Of a DNA stretch of 64,000 nucleotides, positions 48,735-62,019 are shown piece after piece. This DNA is from Dicyema japonicum (taxonomy: Eukaryota; Animalia; Dicyemida), in contig RDEW01000035.1 of assembly GCA_011109175.1 (NCBI GenBank), forward strand, positions 1 to 64,000. The letters are read 5' to 3'. The notes beneath the pieces were generated by a model, which saw only the letters and a program-made list of their open reading frames with translations, did no database searches and was not told where the DNA came from. The position numbers and the translations under genes are program-made. Within the stretch, counting starts at the first letter, position 1. Each line of letters starts with the position of its first letter.

Positions 48735-50640
48735 TGTGGTGTGGTGTGATCAACGAAAATCTTAGATGGAAAATGAAGAACGAAAAGAAGACGAAGTACT
48801 AGGAACAAAGCCAGTACGGACAAATCAGGCATGTCTCTTATGTAGACAATCGAATATCAGGAAATTTGGAATTAACTGCACGCCATGTGAATCATTCGTT
48901 TATTTGGGCTGCATAAAAATGAGTAAAGCTTGCGTCGAGACGCTGTCGAGTTGGCTGTGCTCCTCTTGTATTGGAATGGAGGCCCCCAGGCGGGAAAAAA
49001 TAGCTCAGCCAAACTTTACACTGCCACATGCTGACCACACTCTTTTGAAGACTTGCAGCAAAGGTAGCATCGACCCTGGTAAGCCGACAACTTTGTGAGG
49101 AGTTCTTTTCTAAAAAATGGGTGTTAGTATCTAGAACGGATGTGAGGCTGCGGTTCATGCAGCAAAGCGTTTCTTCATACAGAGAAATATTTTAAATGAA
49201 TGCTTTGGAATCAAGTTGGGCATAACGAATGCATTCAATTCTCTCAGAAGAGATAAAATTATGGAAACGTGTTTGAAGAGGCTCCAAAGCTTTTCCCTCT
49301 TGTCAAATTATCCTATGGGACGATACGTCTCTGGTTTTTGAAAATGAAATTATTAAATCAAAAACAAGGAGATCCGCTCGGACCTCTCCTATTTGCCCTG
49401 ACCATTAATGATGTTGTGAGATCAATTGATGCTCTACTAAATCTCTGGTACCTCGATGATGCCACAATTGGAGGATCATTCAAGAAACATATAATTCATT
49501 ACGTAAAGCGTTGTCCGCTTTAAAACATTTGGGCTTGGACATAAATGTTAACAAATCAGAGCTAATAAATGTCTCATATCCATACACCGACTTCCTCTCT
49601 ATCAAGGAGTCTTTTAACGAACTGCTTCCTGGGATCCCGACTGTGTTAGTTGATAAATTATATTTCCTCGGATGCCCACTCAGCGAAGAAGAACTCAAGA
49701 ACCATCTACTTTCCAAAAATGAAGAATTAACACGCCTTACGAAAAGATTGTAATGTCTCGACTCTCACACATCCTTCTTCCTGATGAGAAACTACATCGG
49801 ACTACCCAAGCTTTTATATCTACTCCAAAGTTTACCCTGCTACGAACAATATGACAGTCTACTATCGATAGACAAATCTCTCAAACAAACTGTGAGTCAC
49901 TATTTAACGTCCACTTCAACGAACTTGGTTGGAAGCAATGTAAGCTTTCCTCTGGATTTGGGGGTGTCGGAAGAGATCGGCGCTGGAGGTTGCGTACCCA
50001 GCATATCTATCTCTCTCTCAAGCTGCAGCCATTTGACACGGCAAGTCCTTTATAACACTATTGGACTTCTCTGGAATGAGTCATTTGACGAAGCTTGTCG
50101 GAAATGGAACGGATCCGAACTCAAAATCCCGAAGACACAACAAAGCAAAGTAATTGGGATAACTTTGTCTGCTCCAAAATTTATGAAGACCTTAAAAAGA
50201 AGCAAATCAACATCGTCTGGCTTGTTTGGTGTCAGCTTCAAGTGGAGGGAGTGGAGCATGGCTTGGTGCAATATTTTGCCCAAACCTCGGGACCTTTTTG
50301 GACGACGATTCTTTGAGGATTGGAACGGGACAAAGGCTGAGACTAGACGTTTGCCAAAAACACCGATGCCGATGCGGGAAAACAGTCGATGCGAAGGGAT
50401 TGCACCTGCTGTCTGCAGAAGAAGAGCCGGAAGAGGATCACGTTCCCAGCAAAGCTTGAACCAGTGGGTCTTGAAAGAAAGACCTGACGGGATGACCCTT
50501 TTTCCCTTCACGTCTGGAAGATCTTTGGTCTGGGACGCAACTTGTGTAAACACGTTCTCAAGCACGAATATTTTCAAATCGGTTCAGACACCTGGATCAG
50601 CTCCTTCGACTGCAGAGAACCTAAAAATCAAAAAATATTC
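48735..50640 (+). mobile_element. Degenerate CRE-like non-LTR retroelement (PHD-like finger + RT + restriction-like endonuclease)
   Basis: PHD-like CLLC..CTPC..C..WLCSSC. RT motifs NAFNSLRR, QGDPLGPLLFAL and WYLDD. GSGAWL and RPDG..WDATC near the end. Confidence 0.82.
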
Positions 50641-50649
50641 CATCTCGAT

Positions 50650-50990
50650 TGTAAGAATGTTATACTTTTTTTTCCTTCACCTCCACAGTTTACAAACAGT
50701 TTTGGGACTTGATGTTTACTTATATGATAAGGACTTATCCAGACACCTTATCGTGTACGACAATGTCCGGTCTATTGTGCTTGAAAACCAGGTAGGTTTC
50801 AGGCAACACTGTCCACCTTGATTTGGATCATGGTGTTCTCTATTACAAATTGCAGGAAAAAATTCAATGCTCTGTGACCCCAAAAAAATATTGCGGACTT
50901 GCATATACGTGTATAGCGCCTCCGATCGAAGTGAGTTGTCCCCGTATTTTAACCATGTTGGCGACGACTCAAGGTCGACGTGTGGGTTTC
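50650..50990 (-). mobile_element. R4/Dong-like zinc finger and endonuclease fragment
   Basis: NRPDIVVHDK..VLII and a KKKY-like piece, parallel to 6960-7110. Confidence 0.6.
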
Positions 50991-51159
50991 CATGATATTA
51001 ACTAATTATCGGGAATGCCATCAAGTGATCTTTTAGTATCGACCGAAACTTTTCCCAACGTTTCTTTCAGAAACTTAATTTAAAACTTAATTAATTTGTA
51101 ACACCTCTCGTATCCGCTATTTTATAAAACTGATAGATTTAAAATAAATTTCGTCCTAC

Positions 51160-54001
51160 ATTTGGTCAGGACCTTGTGTAGAACCTCTGGCAAAGTTATG
51201 CGAGGTCTTCCACGGAACGAGGTATTCACTTCTGGGCAGAAATAGTTACCCATTGCTATTTTAGCAGGCGTCATCTGGCTCATTCGAAGGATGTGACCAA
51301 ACAGATGCCATCTTGATTCCAGGATATCCAGACTCAATGGTCTTGTATTATATACTTTGTATAGATTCTTGTTTGTAATTTTTTTCGGCCAGTTGATGCC
51401 AAGCAACAGTCGGAGTTGCTTACGATGGAAGGCATCTAGTTTGTCCATTACCGCTTCTGAGACACCCCAGGTTGCAGCGTTGTACATTAGGACTGGTTTC
51501 ACGAAGGCATTATATAGTCTCACACGTAATTGTGTGCTAATTTGTTTACGATGATTCCAGACTACTCCCATTTTTCTAAAGGCCGCGACGGCCAACATCT
51601 TCCTGTTAGTGATATCCTCAGCGTCTCCGAGCAACGACCCCAATTTTTTACAGTATCTCCATTTTTCATCAGTTCGGGTTAGTTCACGGCGTATGGTAGT
51701 TGTCTCCGTCTTTTCCGTATTGATTTTGATGAACCATTTTTCTAGGACATCTGGCATCCTTGTCCGTATATAGTTTAATGTTTTCTCGTCGCTGGATATA
51801 TAGTCGATATCATCTGCATAAATCACTTCAGTTTGAGGTAGATCGCCAATTAATAGTCTGAAGTCTCTGAGTGCCGCCTCCAGATATGTCACAAAAAGTA
51901 CCGGTGACAAGGAATCTCCCTGCGGTACCCCGAACGTTGTCTCGAATGGGACAGACTCCAAATTTCCAAAACGTACACTTAGCTGCGTTGTTCCAAGTAA
52001 TAGACGGATCATTCTGACACTGTCCTCGTCAACCAACTTCTCCAAGATATCCAAAAGTCTCCCTCTGTGTATAGAGTCAAAGGCTTTGGACATGTCCATG
52101 CCAAGGATGCCAATAGCCCCCTTGTACTTTTGATGTGTTGCACAAAGCCATCGATGTCCCCAGACCACATCAGCTGTAGATCTCCCTGACCTGAATCCGC
52201 TTTGACCGTGAGAGAGAAAGTTCTCGATGTCAGATCCAATCCTGTTCAGCACTATAAGTGATAGTGTCTTGCGTAGAGTCGTCAATAGTACGATGGGTCT
52301 TAAATTCGTTAAGGGGCCTTTAGCTTTGCCCGGTTTTTGTAGTGCAATTAGTGTGCCATTACCCACATCCAGTGGTGAGTTGTATTTGAATGTTTTGTTG
52401 TATATCTCAGTTAATAGTTCAGAGATCTCGGTCGGTGCATATTTGAGAAGTTCTGCATTTATGTTGTCAGGGCCAGCAGCTCTATTGTTGTTCAGTTTGT
52501 CCAGGGCTTTTTTTGTTTCCAGAATCGTTATCGGAATATTTAGTTCTCGTGCTTCACCATCGAATTGTTTGATTTTTCCCCGTGGTTTTGATTGAAGGCC
52601 TGCTGATAATGGCTGGATATGGCCGATAGAATTTCATTTTTGTTTAACATAGTCTTTCCAAACTGGTCATGTATTGTGATTTTTGATGACTGCGTGTCTC
52701 TATGTAGTAGGTGAACAGCCTTGAACATCTGCGCTCCGTTTTTGAGTCTTTCTACTTCTTTAGCCATTCCAGCAAGTTTATTTTCCTTTATTTCCCTCGT
52801 TCTTTTCTTTATTTTATACAGGGTTTGGTTCCGCATGACTCTTAGAGTGTGTTCCTTTGCCTGGTCCTGACAGGTTTCGACCTGCAAACGTAGGTTCCTA
52901 TGCAATTTGGATAGTTCTTCAAGCTCGTGGTCATAGTGTCCGTTGAAATGCTTCGGTTTTACTCCAACTGTTGAATAGGCCGCGCACTTTATTGCATCGA
53001 TGGTGTCTTGCCACAGCTCCACAGGTTTTGTTTATTCCACTGTTTGATCTTTTCTCTCAATGTATTTTAATGGATTTCCCGAGTCGGTCCCACCATGCGA
53101 AGTTGCTCTACTGCGAACCTCTCCCTATATCCTCATGTCAGCCGCATTGGAAACTCCAAAATATCGTTTGAAAAGGAAACGTGCCACAACCAATCTGTGA
53201 TCACTATCTACTAGTGTCCTACTGTATTTCCGAGAATCTGTTTGCAGTGCCTTGTAGGCTTGTTTGCAGATAATGTAATCTATTTGGTTATATATAGGCT
53301 TGATAGTCCCAGATTTATCCTTTCGGTATCAGATCCATGTCGTCTTATGTCTTGCTAGTGCCTGAAAGCAGTATTGCATAGAAATAGTTAGAATGTATTG
53401 CAAAATTCGATAAGCGATTCTCCTGACTGGTTCCTGATTCCTCTTCCATGGCTTCATATGAATTCTTCGTGACTACTTCCACGTCCTGCCTTTGTGTTCC
53501 AATCTCCGGAAATGTATGTCATGAACGATGTTTCCAAAGATGCATATAGTTGCGACAAGGAGGAATAGAAGTCGTCTAGTTCGTCTCCATTGATTGATAC
53601 TCTCACCGAAGTTGGTGCATATACATTAATAATGGAGATTATGGAATTGTTCCTTTCACCGTATTTTAATTGTAAAACACATATTCTATCGCTCACCCTC
53701 CACGTCTTGTGGATTCGATTGTTCAGTTCTTTTTGTATTGCAAATCCCATGCCGTAGTGTGGGCAATTCGAAGGGTGCAGAATCAGGCGGAAATCATTGT
53801 TGATTTCATCTAGTCCGCCTTTTACTTTCGTTTCCTGTAAGCACGCCACGGTTACCTTGTACGATCCAAGATCCACGCATAAATTTCTTCTTTTAGTATC
53901 CGACTTTAATCCTCTTACATTGAACGAGCTAATAGTGAAAGATCCCGAAGAAAAGCACGAAAAAGACATGTGTGCAATAGAGCCACGTCACCAGCTCAAC
54001 C
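51160..54001 (-). mobile_element. RTE-clade LINE, divergent subfamily, copy C (5' intact, 3' end lost)
   Basis: SFNVRG, CLQETK, NVYAPT, LRPIVLL, DMSKAFDS, GVPQGDSLSP, YADD and FRGRPR. 5' motif GGTTGAGCTGGTGACGTGGCTC. Confidence 0.9.
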
Positions 54002-54329
54002 AAAATCTTCCAAACGTGAAGGGAAAAGATTTAAGATAAAAACTTTTTATTAAGGAAGAAAAAAAGAGTAAACGGTTATATAAAGGCTGCCTTGACTGCG
54101 TGGCTATTTCCTCTCAGGATGGCGAGCGAGATTCGCTCAAACAACCGACATTTAAGAGAAATGTCGATCTTTAATATGATATAAACAATTAGAAGTTTAT
54201 TAATTTTCACTATTTAGACTCTAATAGTCTCGCGGCACACTGTTTGACAGTCTCTAAATTTTAGAGCCTGACTATTCATGCTCCCAAGATTAAAATTAAT
54301 ACTGCATCAGTACCGTTACGTAATCAGTC

Positions 54330-54900
54330 GTTGGAATTTCTTGAGTGCAACAGTCGACAGCATCTCTTCACGAATAATGTCTTCACTGTCGCCCAAGAGT
54401 GTTCCAACTTTTTTTTGAGTATCTTCATTATTCTTATGACTGCCTCAACCTTGTAACTAATCGATCGATTATCACGTAATCTGCTTTTTTCTGTTTTAAC
54501 TTTTAAAAATAAAATTTCGAGTGCGGAAGGTGCTATGCTCAGTAATTCTTTGAGTGACGACTAGTGGGAGATGAAGACGATATCACAGCATATGTAACTT
54601 CAATTATCTTGTCAGTCTTGAGTATATTTCTCAAATCTTTCAGTGCGACTTTAAAATAGACTATGAACAGCACTTGAGATATTGAGTCGCCTTGTGACGT
54701 TCCAGTGGTTGTTTTAAACGATCTTGATTGGATGGGTCCAATCTTCACAGACAACTCAGTGTCGGCAAGCAGCAAGCGAACAATTTTAACGGAGTCATCG
54801 TCCAGAATAGTTTTGAGGATTTCCATTAATTTGTCTCTTCTGATCGTATCAAATGTACGACTCATATCAATATCCAATATGATAGCAGCATTTTTAATTT
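54330..54900 (-). mobile_element. RTE RT fragment
   Basis: IDMSRTFDTIRR, GTSQGDSIS and KKVGTLLGD. Confidence 0.75.
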
Positions 54901-55152
54901 CTGAAATATAGCAGAGCCACTCAGGATGCCTATCTATGTATAATTATAATTTAATTAAATATACTTTGTATAGTAACTAATGTCGAGAAACTGAGTGGTT
55001 GTTCCAAAGGAACAACCACTTTCTCCCACTCAATTCTTTCAACTAGATTATTTTGATTGTTTTGTTACTTAATAAATTGTTTCTTTATTCAAAATAAAAT
55101 ATAAATAAAATTAAAAATATAATTAACGTGTCTTTCTTGTGTTGTCTTAGTA

Positions 55153-57446
55153 ATGGCTGAGTTTGTTCAACAGTCACTTGAAGAAATGCTACCTGAACTA
55201 CGGTTCATGTCCCAGACATCCCTATTTACTGAGAAAGAGACAGAGTATTATCAGAAAATCAATTAATAGGGAAATTTTACGACGACGTACACAATTTGAG
55301 TATCGTCTAGTTAGAAGGCAGAAAGAAAAGGCTGACTTTCTCCAATATATTCAGTATGAACTAAATTTAATAGCTTTGTGGAATTTACGACTGAAAGTTG
55401 CTTTATTGTAATTTTTAGAAATTGGGCAGTTCCGTTGGAAAAATGAGTAAACAACATGTTTTAGCGATATCGATGAGAGTCAACGGATTACTTTCAAGGG
55501 TCTGTCAAAGATTTCCTGCAGATATTCAGTTGTGGTTGTCATATGTTCATTTTTGCAAGCATCTGGTAGTTTTTTGGTTTTATTTAAGGGCTGGGATACT
55601 AAGGTATCTAAAGTTTTCTTCAGCACATTAAACCACCACAGCGATAACGAAAGTAAATTTTATTTTAAATTTAATTAATGTTATTTTTTATTTTTCGTAA
55701 TTAATATTTGTGGTTAGAATTGTGGATTATGGCTTCAAGATGGGAGATTGATTCCCGCTTGGATTTTTCCAGTGCCAGAACTCTTCTGCTCAGAGCACTA
55801 AAATTTCACCCAAGTTCTAAACTCCTTTGGCTTGAGGTTAATTTTTTTAATTAATTGCAAATTTATTTGGTTTGATCAAATTTCGTATAATTTAGTTAGT
55901 TTATAATAAATTTATATAAATATCTGTTTTTATGATTTACTATTCTATTTGCGTTTATTATTTTTATTTTAATAATTTTACTATCATTATATAATTTGGA
56001 TCTTTACTTACTATTTTTGACACGATATGTTTTATATTGTATTTTAATAAAATATTTATTATTTTATATATGGTAGTGTTTTAACCTTGAACTATCACAT
56101 ACTGTTGAAGCCATAAACCGACGTTCTATTCTAGCTGAATCCATCGGTAATCACGACATTCCTTCAGACAAACACCAACATCACATAAAAGCTGCTGAAA
56201 TTGTATTCCGGAACGTTCTTTCTACCTTTCCTAGTAATTATGCAATCTCTATTTAGATGAACCTATATTCTGGCTTTCATTTCTTAAGCTAATCACGGAT
56301 ATGGAAAACAGTAATTTCATGGAATTACGGAATCTTATAATTACTCAGTATTATATTTTTATAGTCTTAGGGTTGCAGAGTTCTCTCATGACGGTCATGT
56401 GATCAGCAACCTAATAATATTAAAGAACTCATGTAATACGGAATACCAGGAAACCAAGATATGTAGCAACATATCCATATTACAACATTTTGACTTGGTT
56501 CTCCAAACTGATCCACGTGGTATTTTTGCATTAATGAACATTAGATAGCATTTATATGGAATATGCCCAATTTTGCATTCAAGTTGCTGAGAATTTTTCT
56601 GAAAACGCTGAATTCTACAAAAAAATATTTCCAAGACTTATAGACATTGTAGATTCGATAATAGCACATGGTATTCTGATCCCTGAGTCTTTCTATTGTC
56701 TCTGGTTACTAGTTTCTGTTATTATAAGATTGATTTTTCCATAAATTCTAAATTTACATTTAAGGCCGAAAAATTACTGGACCTTGCACTCAAAAGTAGC
56801 ACTTGGTTCGATTTTTACCATCGACGAGTCGTCATGCTTATTTCTGAAGGAAGGACTGATGAAACCGAGTTTTTTTTGAAAAAGGCTGAGGAATCATGGA
56901 TTTCTGACTCACAGGTATTCCATTTTATGAAATATAAGCTAACAAAATTATTGGGAGTCATCCTGTGGGCCTATACTAATAACAACGAAAAGCCAAAGGC
57001 TGTGAAATTGTTGGAGATGGGACTGAGTAGGTTTTGTCATAAAAGAGATATTCCGTTGAAAGAATGCCTCTTCAGGTTAATTTGTGAGGACTTATGTGGT
57101 GAAGAGTTGTTGGAGTATTACTTGTGGTTGATAGTGAATAAATATATCGTGGTAGGTTGGCTGATGTGGGAGATTGGAGATTTGGGTTCATAGAGACCGT
57201 GGTGGAGGTTATGGTTGGTAAAGCCACATGGGAAATGCTGAGTGGAGTAATGGAGAAAGCAATAGAGAAAATTGGTGAGAGTGATCCGAGTAATGTTTTT
57301 TTTTAATTTTAGGAGTTTGGTTGCTGTATATAGAGCTGGATGGAAGGTTTAATGGGCATAAAATGGCGTCAATACTGAATTGGAGGGCTTTGAAGAGTCT
57401 TAATAAGGTTGATGGATTTGTAGAAGGTCTGACTATATCTGCTTGA
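55153..57446 (+). CDS. UTP6: U3 snoRNA-associated protein 6 (HAT repeats), multi-exon
   Basis: MAEFVQQSLEEMLPEL..LFT..RRTQFEYRL..DFLQYIQYELNL. HAT repeats DIQLWLSYVHF and LWIMASRWE..ARTLLLRALKFHP..LWLE. Confidence 0.9.
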
Positions 57447-58243
57447 TCGGCTTTTTGATTATTTATATTATTTTGTAATAATTATTGTTTTGGATGAAAT
57501 TTATAGTTTCAATACTTTTACATATGAGAAAAAAAACTTACCAAACTTAAAATTCAATCTGTATCAGACGAATGTTTCAACAATAATTTCTTATAAGTAC
57601 ATTGAACACATTTTCGCTTCAGTCTAATTTGCTGAACAATACCTATAAATCGAAACTAGCAGATTATATAAAAATGTTAGATTTTAACAAGTTTGAAAAA
57701 TATTCAGCCTATTATAAGAAATTAAAGACTTGTTTTGGGTAATTAAAGTGATACTCTTATCAGAACGTTAACAGTATTAAGAAAATCACTTAACATTCCT
57801 TTTTGACGAAAAAGCAAAGTATTTTAACTCCCAGTGACCATGACATGTTTTTCAGCATATGAAATGCAAAAACTGAAAAATACCACCTTTTTGAAGAGCT
57901 GGAGGCTAGAATCTGTGTATTAAGGATTATCCATTTGTTGCTTATGGTGGACTGTGATTTTCCTTCTATCCTTACTTTGGAAATTATAATTTCAAAAATT
58001 CAGATTGAATTAGGTCATCAAAAATCTTCCTCATTAAAACAGATATGAAAATTTATTATAATTTATACAGTTATCAAAATTTCTTACTATTTATATCCAA
58101 ATAAATATTATCTTTCTACAAAGTCTTTTTTAATTTGAAATTGATAATTTTCTGTGAAATGTTGTTCCAGAAAACTTAATTGGAACGCAATTATACGATT
58201 CAGGAATTAATATATATTCCGTATTCACTTATACGGAATTATT

Positions 58244-59164
58244 ATGAATTTTTCGGGAGATTTTAACTTCTTTAATTTTCAATCACAACTATTTAATCCT
58301 GCTAACTCATTTGAAATTGAAAAAAATGCTATACCAAATACAAACACTAACGATTTAAGCTATTTTTCAGAAAATCAAAATAACCAAAGCAATCTTTTTA
58401 ATGCAAATATTATTGATATGAATTTTCGAGGCGGATTAACAAATTTAACGGCTCTAGAAAATTTATATGGAAACTCTATTTTTGATTTCTCAATGGATAA
58501 AGAATTTTGGTCTAATTCAAGTTATACACATCCAAACCATCCGTATTACTTATCGAATCCTTTTCAAGTTAATGACAATTTATCTAAAACTGAATTTACT
58601 TTGCCAATAAATAAAGATTTAAACTACAAAGAAGCAAATATCAAAGACGTAACAGATGACCCAATTATTTCAACAAATGATATATATAAATTTGCAGATC
58701 ACTTTAAAAAATACAGATCTAGAATGGGGTATACGCAAGCAGACGTAGGAGCAGCACTTGGAAAATTATATGGAAATGTTTTTTCACAAACTACTATTTG
58801 TCGATTTGAATCACTTCAATTATCTTATAAAAATATGTCAAAATTAAAGCCTCTCTTGTCTGCATGGATTAAAGAAGCTGAGAGTCTTACTTTAAATACT
58901 AACTTGAACAAAATTAGTAGTATTTCAAGAAAACGCAAAAAAAGAACATCGATTGACAATTCAGTAAAATATTTACTTGAAGAACAGTTTTTATTACAAA
59001 GAAAACCCTCCTCTCAGAGATTACATGAAATAGCTGAATTTTTAGACTATGACAAAGAAGTAATTCGTGTATGGTTTTGTAATCGTCGCCAAAAAGAAAA
59101 AAAAAGTCAAGAAATTATTTCCTCCAAATTAAATAGTTTAGATTTAATCAGAAAACAAAGATAA
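58244..59164 (+). CDS. POU3F: Class III POU-homeodomain transcription factor (POU3F/vvl-like), intronless
   Basis: POU-specific domain [44 protein letters not shown]. Homeodomain [25 protein letters not shown]. Confidence 0.93.
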   Translation: MNFSGDFNFFNFQSQLFNPANSFEIEKNAIPNTNTNDLSYFSENQNNQSNLFNANIIDMNFRGGLTNLTALENLYGNSIFDFSMDKEFWSNSSYTHPNHPYYLSNPFQVNDNLSKTEFTLPINKDLNYKEANIKDVTDDPIISTNDIYKFADHFKKYRSRMGYTQADVGAALGKLYGNVFSQTTICRFESLQLSYKNMSKLKPLLSAWIKEAESLTLNTNLNKISSISRKRKKRTSIDNSVKYLLEEQFLLQRKPSSQRLHEIAEFLDYDKEVIRVWFCNRRQKEKKSQEIISSKLNSLDLIRKQR

Positions 59165-59289
59165 ATAAATTTCTAAAATACTAGTATGAAGGTTTAACTA
59201 TCTAACAGTTCTTTATTCTAATAAACTATTGAACATTTAAAACCAATAGTCAGAATTAAACTATTTAAAATTGATTGGCTGTATTAATT

Positions 59290-61560
59290 TATTCTCTTTC
59301 GTTTTGAGCCATTCCTTAGCTCTCTAACTGCAATCTCTTGGTCACCATCACCAATCTGATTTTCACTCCAGTATTGTTGTTCTATGGGCACAATTCCGTC
59401 ATCCTCAACTTGTTCTAGAGACTTTCGTTGTAGAAATGAATGACCTCACTAACATCACTCTCTTGAAAGTTCATCCCATTTCGGTGCTCCACTAACATGC
59501 TTTCAAAAGTTTTCTTTAACACAATAGATTGAATATATGCCCTCGCAATTATATCCACATCCAAAACATCCATATATGACTTGTACAACTTACTTACAAT
59601 TCCCTCCCAACTCAAAACAATAGGAATAATTTTAACTTTCGCATTGTATATTTAAGACAACTCTCCAGCGAGGAGGTCGTATTTGTGAAGTTTTTCTACC
59701 TCAACCACCTTTAGCATCTCCTGAGAAGTAATTCCAACTTCTACTAAAGTAATCTCACTTGTCCTTTTATCCAAAACAAATATGTCCGGCTTGTTATGTT
59801 GTAATTTGACATCAGTCATTAGCGTCGTATCAACTCGGATCTCAAAATTCTCATTTGTTACTATTGATTAGACTGAGTGAGTCTCAGTTTCTTTGAATAT
59901 GTGATTCCATATTTACGCATAGGTTTAAATGAAGACATCTCACCACCTCATTGTGACGTCGTATGTTATCACTATTTAAAATCCTATTGCATCTCGTTAC
60001 TAAATGATCGACTGTTTTTTGGCAGATTACAATGATTGCAATTCGATCCTTTTTCTTCAAAGAACAAATTTCGGTCTTGTAAAAGGCAATACAAAGCTTC
60101 GGCTCTTGGACTATTATTCCCTCTTACAAGCCATCCCGAAGATGATGCAATGTCAACAGTCGGGTCTTTTAAACATTTGAATAACATTACTGTTAATTTT
60201 CATTTGAATAACAATACTGAAGAGATTTACTGTTAATTTTCATCAATAAACATTCAATTTGAACTTGTTTAAGTTTCCGTACATCCACTTCAGAGGAATT
60301 ATCATCCAAATTATACTTCTGAGTTAAGAATCCCGCGATTGTGGCCATATGTGTTATCTTTAAATTGACAGCCCGCAGAATTCTAGTTTTCCTCAGACAC
60401 ACATTAGATTTTCTTTCCAAATCATGGAGGAATTGGAACAACATGCATTCACTTTTGAACACGATTGAAGTGAGTCCTCTCCCAAGTTTATCTCTTGGTA
60501 AATAAAGCCTCTCTTTATTTGCAGGCTTTAAATGAAGTTTTGTCTCATAAAGAATACGTCGAGCATCAACATCAATATCCTCAAACTCATGTGGTTCAAT
60601 GTTGATTAGTCCAATATAATAGTTGTAAAGTGACAGTGCGGATTCGTTAATTGCTTTGAACATATTTACTGCATTCAACTTTAATTGCTTTGAACATATT
60701 TGCTTTTCTAAAATTTCCTGTTTTAGAGTGTTACTCCATTTATCCTCCAGCACTCCAAGGTATCGATAACCTTCAGTTCCATCCAAATATTTGGCTTCCT
60801 TTGATAAGCATTCAACATTAGTAGCCGACTTATCAATGTTTTTATTGAGTCCTGCTGATTCAAAAAATAATTCAATGTCATGCATCATCTTAATAATCGT
60901 GGCCTCTTCCTGGGCAAATATTTTTAGATCATCCATAAAAAGCAAATGTTAGTGGATAGGTAATCATGGATGGACTAGACTGGCTAATATGCACTGTTGG
61001 GTATTTTCCAGTTAATATCCTACTCAAAGGGTCCATCACCAAAACAAATAGCTGTGGAGACAAGGAGTCCCCTTGCAGAATTCCTCTTGATATTTTTACT
61101 GTTCCGATTTCATGTCTATTAAAATTCAGTTTAACTTGCCATTTTGTAACCACAGTTCGGATAAAACCAATAATCCAACAAGGAAGTCCACATCACCCCA
61201 AAATTTTAAATAGGAATTCATGGCTTACTGAGTCAAACGATTTTGGACGTCTATCCATGCTGAATATAAAGAATTGTCAAATTCCTGGTTAATACAATGA
61301 TTTATTAGGGCTTGTTCCTTAGCACCCTGACACATTTTTCTCGTTCCTCTTGGTTATCTGAGATTATTTGGAATGTGTCAACAAAATCACTTAGTTTCTT
61401 ATTGACACATTTTGTTATCAGTTTATATAAATTCGGCATGCATGTAATTGGTCGTAAATCTTTGGGTGCCTCACAATATTCCTTTTTTTGGTAAAAGACG
61501 TTATTCCAGTATAAAACCAATCCCCTGGAATACATTATCCATTAATAACATCGACAATCA
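59290..61560 (-). mobile_element. R4/Dong-like element (second subfamily), RT through endonuclease, degenerate
   Basis: LRPITCMPNLYK, RGILQGDSLSP, LLFMDDLK, YRYLGV, ERLYLPR..GRGL, QDRNLF, HNEVV and HNKPDIFV..EVG. Confidence 0.87.
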
Positions 61561-61645
61561 TAATCTTATAAAAATTGACGAGATGACATCGATTAAATGA
61601 ATCTAATTTTAACAAATTATTAATTCTATTACGTAAACAACTGCA

Positions 61646-61960
61646 AGGAGACCAGTTTACTAAGTCATTAATTGGTCGAAGGTTAAGGTGGTGACGTATT
61701 TATAGTGCACTAAATGACTACTTTGCTTCATGGTGGATGAAAGACCTTGCATTTTTTTCTCGTAATCATGGACGAGGTGGTGGACTTTTCTGAAGATATA
61801 CCCAAGTTCTGAACAAATGAAGTTTCGAAAACATTAAGGATCTGGGTTTGAATCTTCCCCAGTCCGAATTCAAAAGAACTTGATGAATCATCTTTGAGAC
61901 AGAAAGTATAGGATGATAGTTAATATGATTATATGTATGTTGCTAATAATAATAATAATA
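61646..61960 (+). mobile_element. Short 5'-truncated RTE-like insertion
   Basis: 11-bp TSD aaacaactgca (61635-61645 and 61961-61971), a (TAA)5 tail and a degenerate RRLRW frame. Confidence 0.7.
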
Positions 61961-62019
61961 AAACAACTGCATACTTTGATTGAAAAAAAAAAATTAACCA
62001 GTTAAATTGATAATCATGC

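Noticed and set aside
61681-61697. Another copy of the RTE 5' motif (ggttaaggtggtgacgt)
   Set aside because: It lies inside a TSD-bounded 3' fragment and corresponds to RLRW codons, so it is probably coincidental.
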